A stretch of DNA of 64,000 bases from Polyangiaceae bacterium (GTDB taxonomy: Bacteria > Myxococcota_A > Polyangia > Polyangiales > Polyangiaceae). The stretch is taken from the NCBI GenBank assembly GCA_036272055.1, contig DATAZL010000054.1, forward strand, positions 33,219-97,218, given 5' to 3'. Numbering within the stretch: the stretch's first letter is position 1; each line of letters begins with the position of its first letter. This document shows, piece by piece, positions 61,979-64,000 of this stretch. The notes under the pieces were generated by a model, which did not search any database, was not told where the DNA came from, and saw nothing but the letters and a program-made list of their open reading frames with translations. The position numbers were made by a program, and so were the translations under genes.

Positions 61979-63403
61979 TCAGCGCGCGAGGCGCTCACGC
62001 CGTGCGGCAAGGATCTTCGCGAAGGACCGGAGCTCGAACTCTTCGGGACTGAGCCCGGTCTGCTCCACCGCGCTGACGCCGACGGCCCCTGAATTCAGGG
62101 CTCTCAAGAAAAAATTCAGGAGGCCCTGACCGGTGGCCGCGTCGTCGAACACGTCACCGATGAGCGTCGCCTGCGCGGCCTTGTCGACGAAGTTCCGGAG
62201 CCGGTCGGCCGCCGCGGCGAACCCCTCGAGAAAGAAGGCGTAACAGGTCGCGTACCGCACCGGGATCTGCGCCGGATGAAGATCCCAGCCCTGGTAGAAG
62301 CCGCCCTCGAGCGAGTGACGGATGTGCCGGTACGAGAGCTGCCACGCCGCGTGCACTGCGGCGCGATTCTCGGTGAGCTCTGCGGGCGACAGCGAGCTCC
62401 CCTTGTGCGGGCCGACGGGGAGCACGTTGGTCGAGCCGTCGGAGAGGAAGAGCCCGGTGCCCGCGTAGGCGAGCATCATGAGCCCCTTCGCGAGATCGCA
62501 GAGCGGATGATCCATGACCTGACACGACGCGGTGACGTTGCACGACGCGGTGTAGTCGTAGGTTCCGAAGTGCGCGCCGGTGCAGCGCCCCTCGCACGCC
62601 TCCAGAAAGCCGGGCAGCGGAATGCGTCCGTCGGGGCCGACCAGCGACTGCGTGATCTCGACCATGAGCTCCATCTTCAGAGTCCCCGGCGTGAGGCCGT
62701 GACGGCGCTCTAGGAGCTCGAAGAGCCGCACCAGGGTGCGTGGCTGCTCGGCGATCGTCACCTTCGGCAAGGTGACGACGAAGTGCTCGGGCAATGCGCC
62801 GCCGGTCTCCGCGAGCAGCGTTCCGAAGAAGAGCTCGAGGGTACGCGCGCTCCGGAGCGTCCACTCCTCGCCGAACGACTTGACGCGGATGCCGATGAAC
62901 GGCGGAAGCTTCTTCTCGCGCATGCCACGGGCGAGTTCGCGCGCTGCGGCGACCGCGACGGCGTCTTCTTCGGCATCGGGGCGCGCACCGAAACCGTCCT
63001 CGAAGTCGATGCGAAAATCCTCGACCGGCTCGTTCTCGAGCTTCCTGCGGACGCGATCGTACACGGTGAGCGCGAGCCAGGCCTCCGGATGCTTGCGGCG
63101 AAGCGACTCCGGATCGCGCTCCGGATCGGCGTGATAGCGCTCGATGCGCGCGCCGAGATCCGGTGCCTTCACGATCGACGTCCCCTGGGCGAACTCGAGC
63201 GCGTTCGTGCCGTAGGCGTCCATGCTGGCGAGCGCGAAGCTGCCGAGCCGCGCGGTCGTCTCGGCCTTGTAGAGCTGCGCGCCACCGTAGACGGTGTGAA
63301 CGGGCTGCCGCGCCGCGCGGTCACCCGGGTAGATCTTCGTGAACGCGCGATTCGCGGCGCCGAGCGCGTCGAGGTGTTCCCTGGCTTCGTCGAGAAGGGT
63401 CAT
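61979..63403 (-). CDS. Uncharacterised enzyme, possibly of the HpcH/CitE/malate-synthase-like TIM-barrel superfamily
   Basis: 474-aa ORF whose ATG overlaps the uraH stop (ATGA). It contains the acidic motif FRIDFEDGFGARPDAEED, reminiscent of the malate synthase / citrate-lyase-beta DxED metal site. The superfamily call is tentative. Confidence 0.7.
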   Translation of the reverse strand: MTLLDEAREHLDALGAANRAFTKIYPGDRAARQPVHTVYGGAQLYKAETTARLGSFALASMDAYGTNALEFAQGTSIVKAPDLGARIERYHADPERDPESLRRKHPEAWLALTVYDRVRRKLENEPVEDFRIDFEDGFGARPDAEEDAVAVAAARELARGMREKKLPPFIGIRVKSFGEEWTLRSARTLELFFGTLLAETGGALPEHFVVTLPKVTIAEQPRTLVRLFELLERRHGLTPGTLKMELMVEITQSLVGPDGRIPLPGFLEACEGRCTGAHFGTYDYTASCNVTASCQVMDHPLCDLAKGLMMLAYAGTGLFLSDGSTNVLPVGPHKGSSLSPAELTENRAAVHAAWQLSYRHIRHSLEGGFYQGWDLHPAQIPVRYATCYAFFLEGFAAAADRLRNFVDKAAQATLIGDVFDDAATGQGLLNFFLRALNSGAVGVSAVEQTGLSPEEFELRSFAKILAARRERLAR

Positions 63404-63741
63404 GTGCCTCGGTAGGTGGAATAGCCGAAGGGGCTGAGAAGAAGCGGGATGTGGTAATGCTCCGTCGGCGCCGTGATCGTGAAGACGACATCGACGTACG
63501 GATAGAAGACGGGGCGCCCGCTCGCCGAGAAGTACGCTTGCGTGTCGAAGGTGAGCCGGTAGGTGCGCGCCTCGAGTCCGCCTTCGGCGAGCAGATCGAC
63601 GACGCGTCCCTCGTCGTTCGTCACGCGATCGGCCAGTGTCTCCCAGACGCCAGCCGTGTCGAGGACGGCGAGCTGCACCGCGAGCTTCGCGGCGGGGCGG
63701 CCGAGGGACGTATCGAGGACGTGCGAAGTGAGGGGACTCAT
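63400..63741 (-). CDS. uraH: 5-hydroxyisourate hydrolase (transthyretin-like)
   Basis: 113 aa starting from the ATG at 63741: MSPLTSHVLDTSLGRPA...YHIPLLLSPFGYSTYRGT (the C-terminal YRG[ST] signature). Confidence 0.9.
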   Translation of the reverse strand: MSPLTSHVLDTSLGRPAAKLAVQLAVLDTAGVWETLADRVTNDEGRVVDLLAEGGLEARTYRLTFDTQAYFSASGRPVFYPYVDVVFTITAPTEHYHIPLLLSPFGYSTYRGT

Positions 63742-64000
63742 TGGGAAAGCTTCTCGAGACGGAGACGCGTGATCTTCGCTTGCTCGGCTGCGGCGACGCG
63801 AAGCTCGCGTTCCGCGTCGTGCTCGAGTCTCTCGCCGAGGAGCGCGAGCATCTCGGAGGCGCTCTTGCCGGTCGCGCAGACGATGAACGAGTACCCGAAC
63901 TTCGCCCGATAGCGCGCATTCGCGTCGCGCAGCGAATCGAGGAGCGCGTCGCCCGCGCCGTCGACGCCGGCCTGCTCCGACCTCGACCACGACGCGGTCG
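63738..64000 (-). CDS. uraD: OHCU decarboxylase, C-terminal part (5' end outside the window)
   Basis: Own translation: ...YRAKFGYSFIVCATGKSASEMLALLGERLEHDAERELRVAAAEQAKITRLRLEKLSQ*. The stop overlaps the uraH ATG (ATGA). Confidence 0.8.
   Translation of the reverse strand, partial: TASWSRSEQAGVDGAGDALLDSLRDANARYRAKFGYSFIVCATGKSASEMLALLGERLEHDAERELRVAAAEQAKITRLRLEKLSQ

Overview
Very GC-rich bacterial chromosome segment. I did not compute G+C, but third codon positions are almost all G/C. Several signatures point to Myxococcota: a MYXO-CTERM-like sorting tail, Myxococcus-type Cys-rich repeats (CGNGK..EECD), many lipobox lipoproteins with Gly-rich linkers, a 7TM-DISM Ser/Thr kinase and sigma-54-type promoters.

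I support about 55 protein-coding genes on both strands. Many long ORFs in the track are GC-driven shadow ORFs, and I did not call them. I found no rRNA, tRNA, CRISPR array, transposase, integrase or prophage.

Recognisable housekeeping and metabolic genes:
- hemH, a BolA-family gene, an MFS transporter, an SDR, slyX and an ArsR/SRPBCC pair
- two c-type cytochromes, one of them fused to rhodanese
- a phosphoesterase and a PhoX-like protein
- an epoxide-hydrolase-like hydrolase, a type-B carboxylesterase and a methyltransferase
- an FAD oxidase convergent with serA
- dinB with an SOS box, a cNMP-binding DUF1003 protein and a thiolase
- a MIO (ASG) ammonia-lyase
- a urate-catabolism operon end: uraD, uraH, an unknown TIM-barrel-like enzyme and a BMP lipoprotein

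Observations most worth follow-up:
1. A bacterial homologue of the archaeal tetraether-lipid synthase type of radical SAM enzyme (Tes/GDGT-MAS-like), in a two-gene unit with a lipocalin-like lipoprotein.
2. A dispersed, highly structured intergenic repeat of about 120 nt, present three times. One copy forms the 5' end of a GT39-like gene.
3. Two adjacent secreted lipoproteins that share a diverged N-terminal module but carry different C-terminal parts, next to a double-HTH LuxR regulator.
4. A hyper-cysteine CxxxC-repeat surface protein with a MYXO-CTERM-like tail and a sigma-54-type promoter.
5. A multiply disrupted DUF4185-like pseudogene.
6. An ammonia-lyase whose conserved N-terminus has no canonical start codon.

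I see no convincing defence island or biosynthetic gene cluster. All family assignments come from motif recognition by eye, with no database search run. Start codons are often uncertain.
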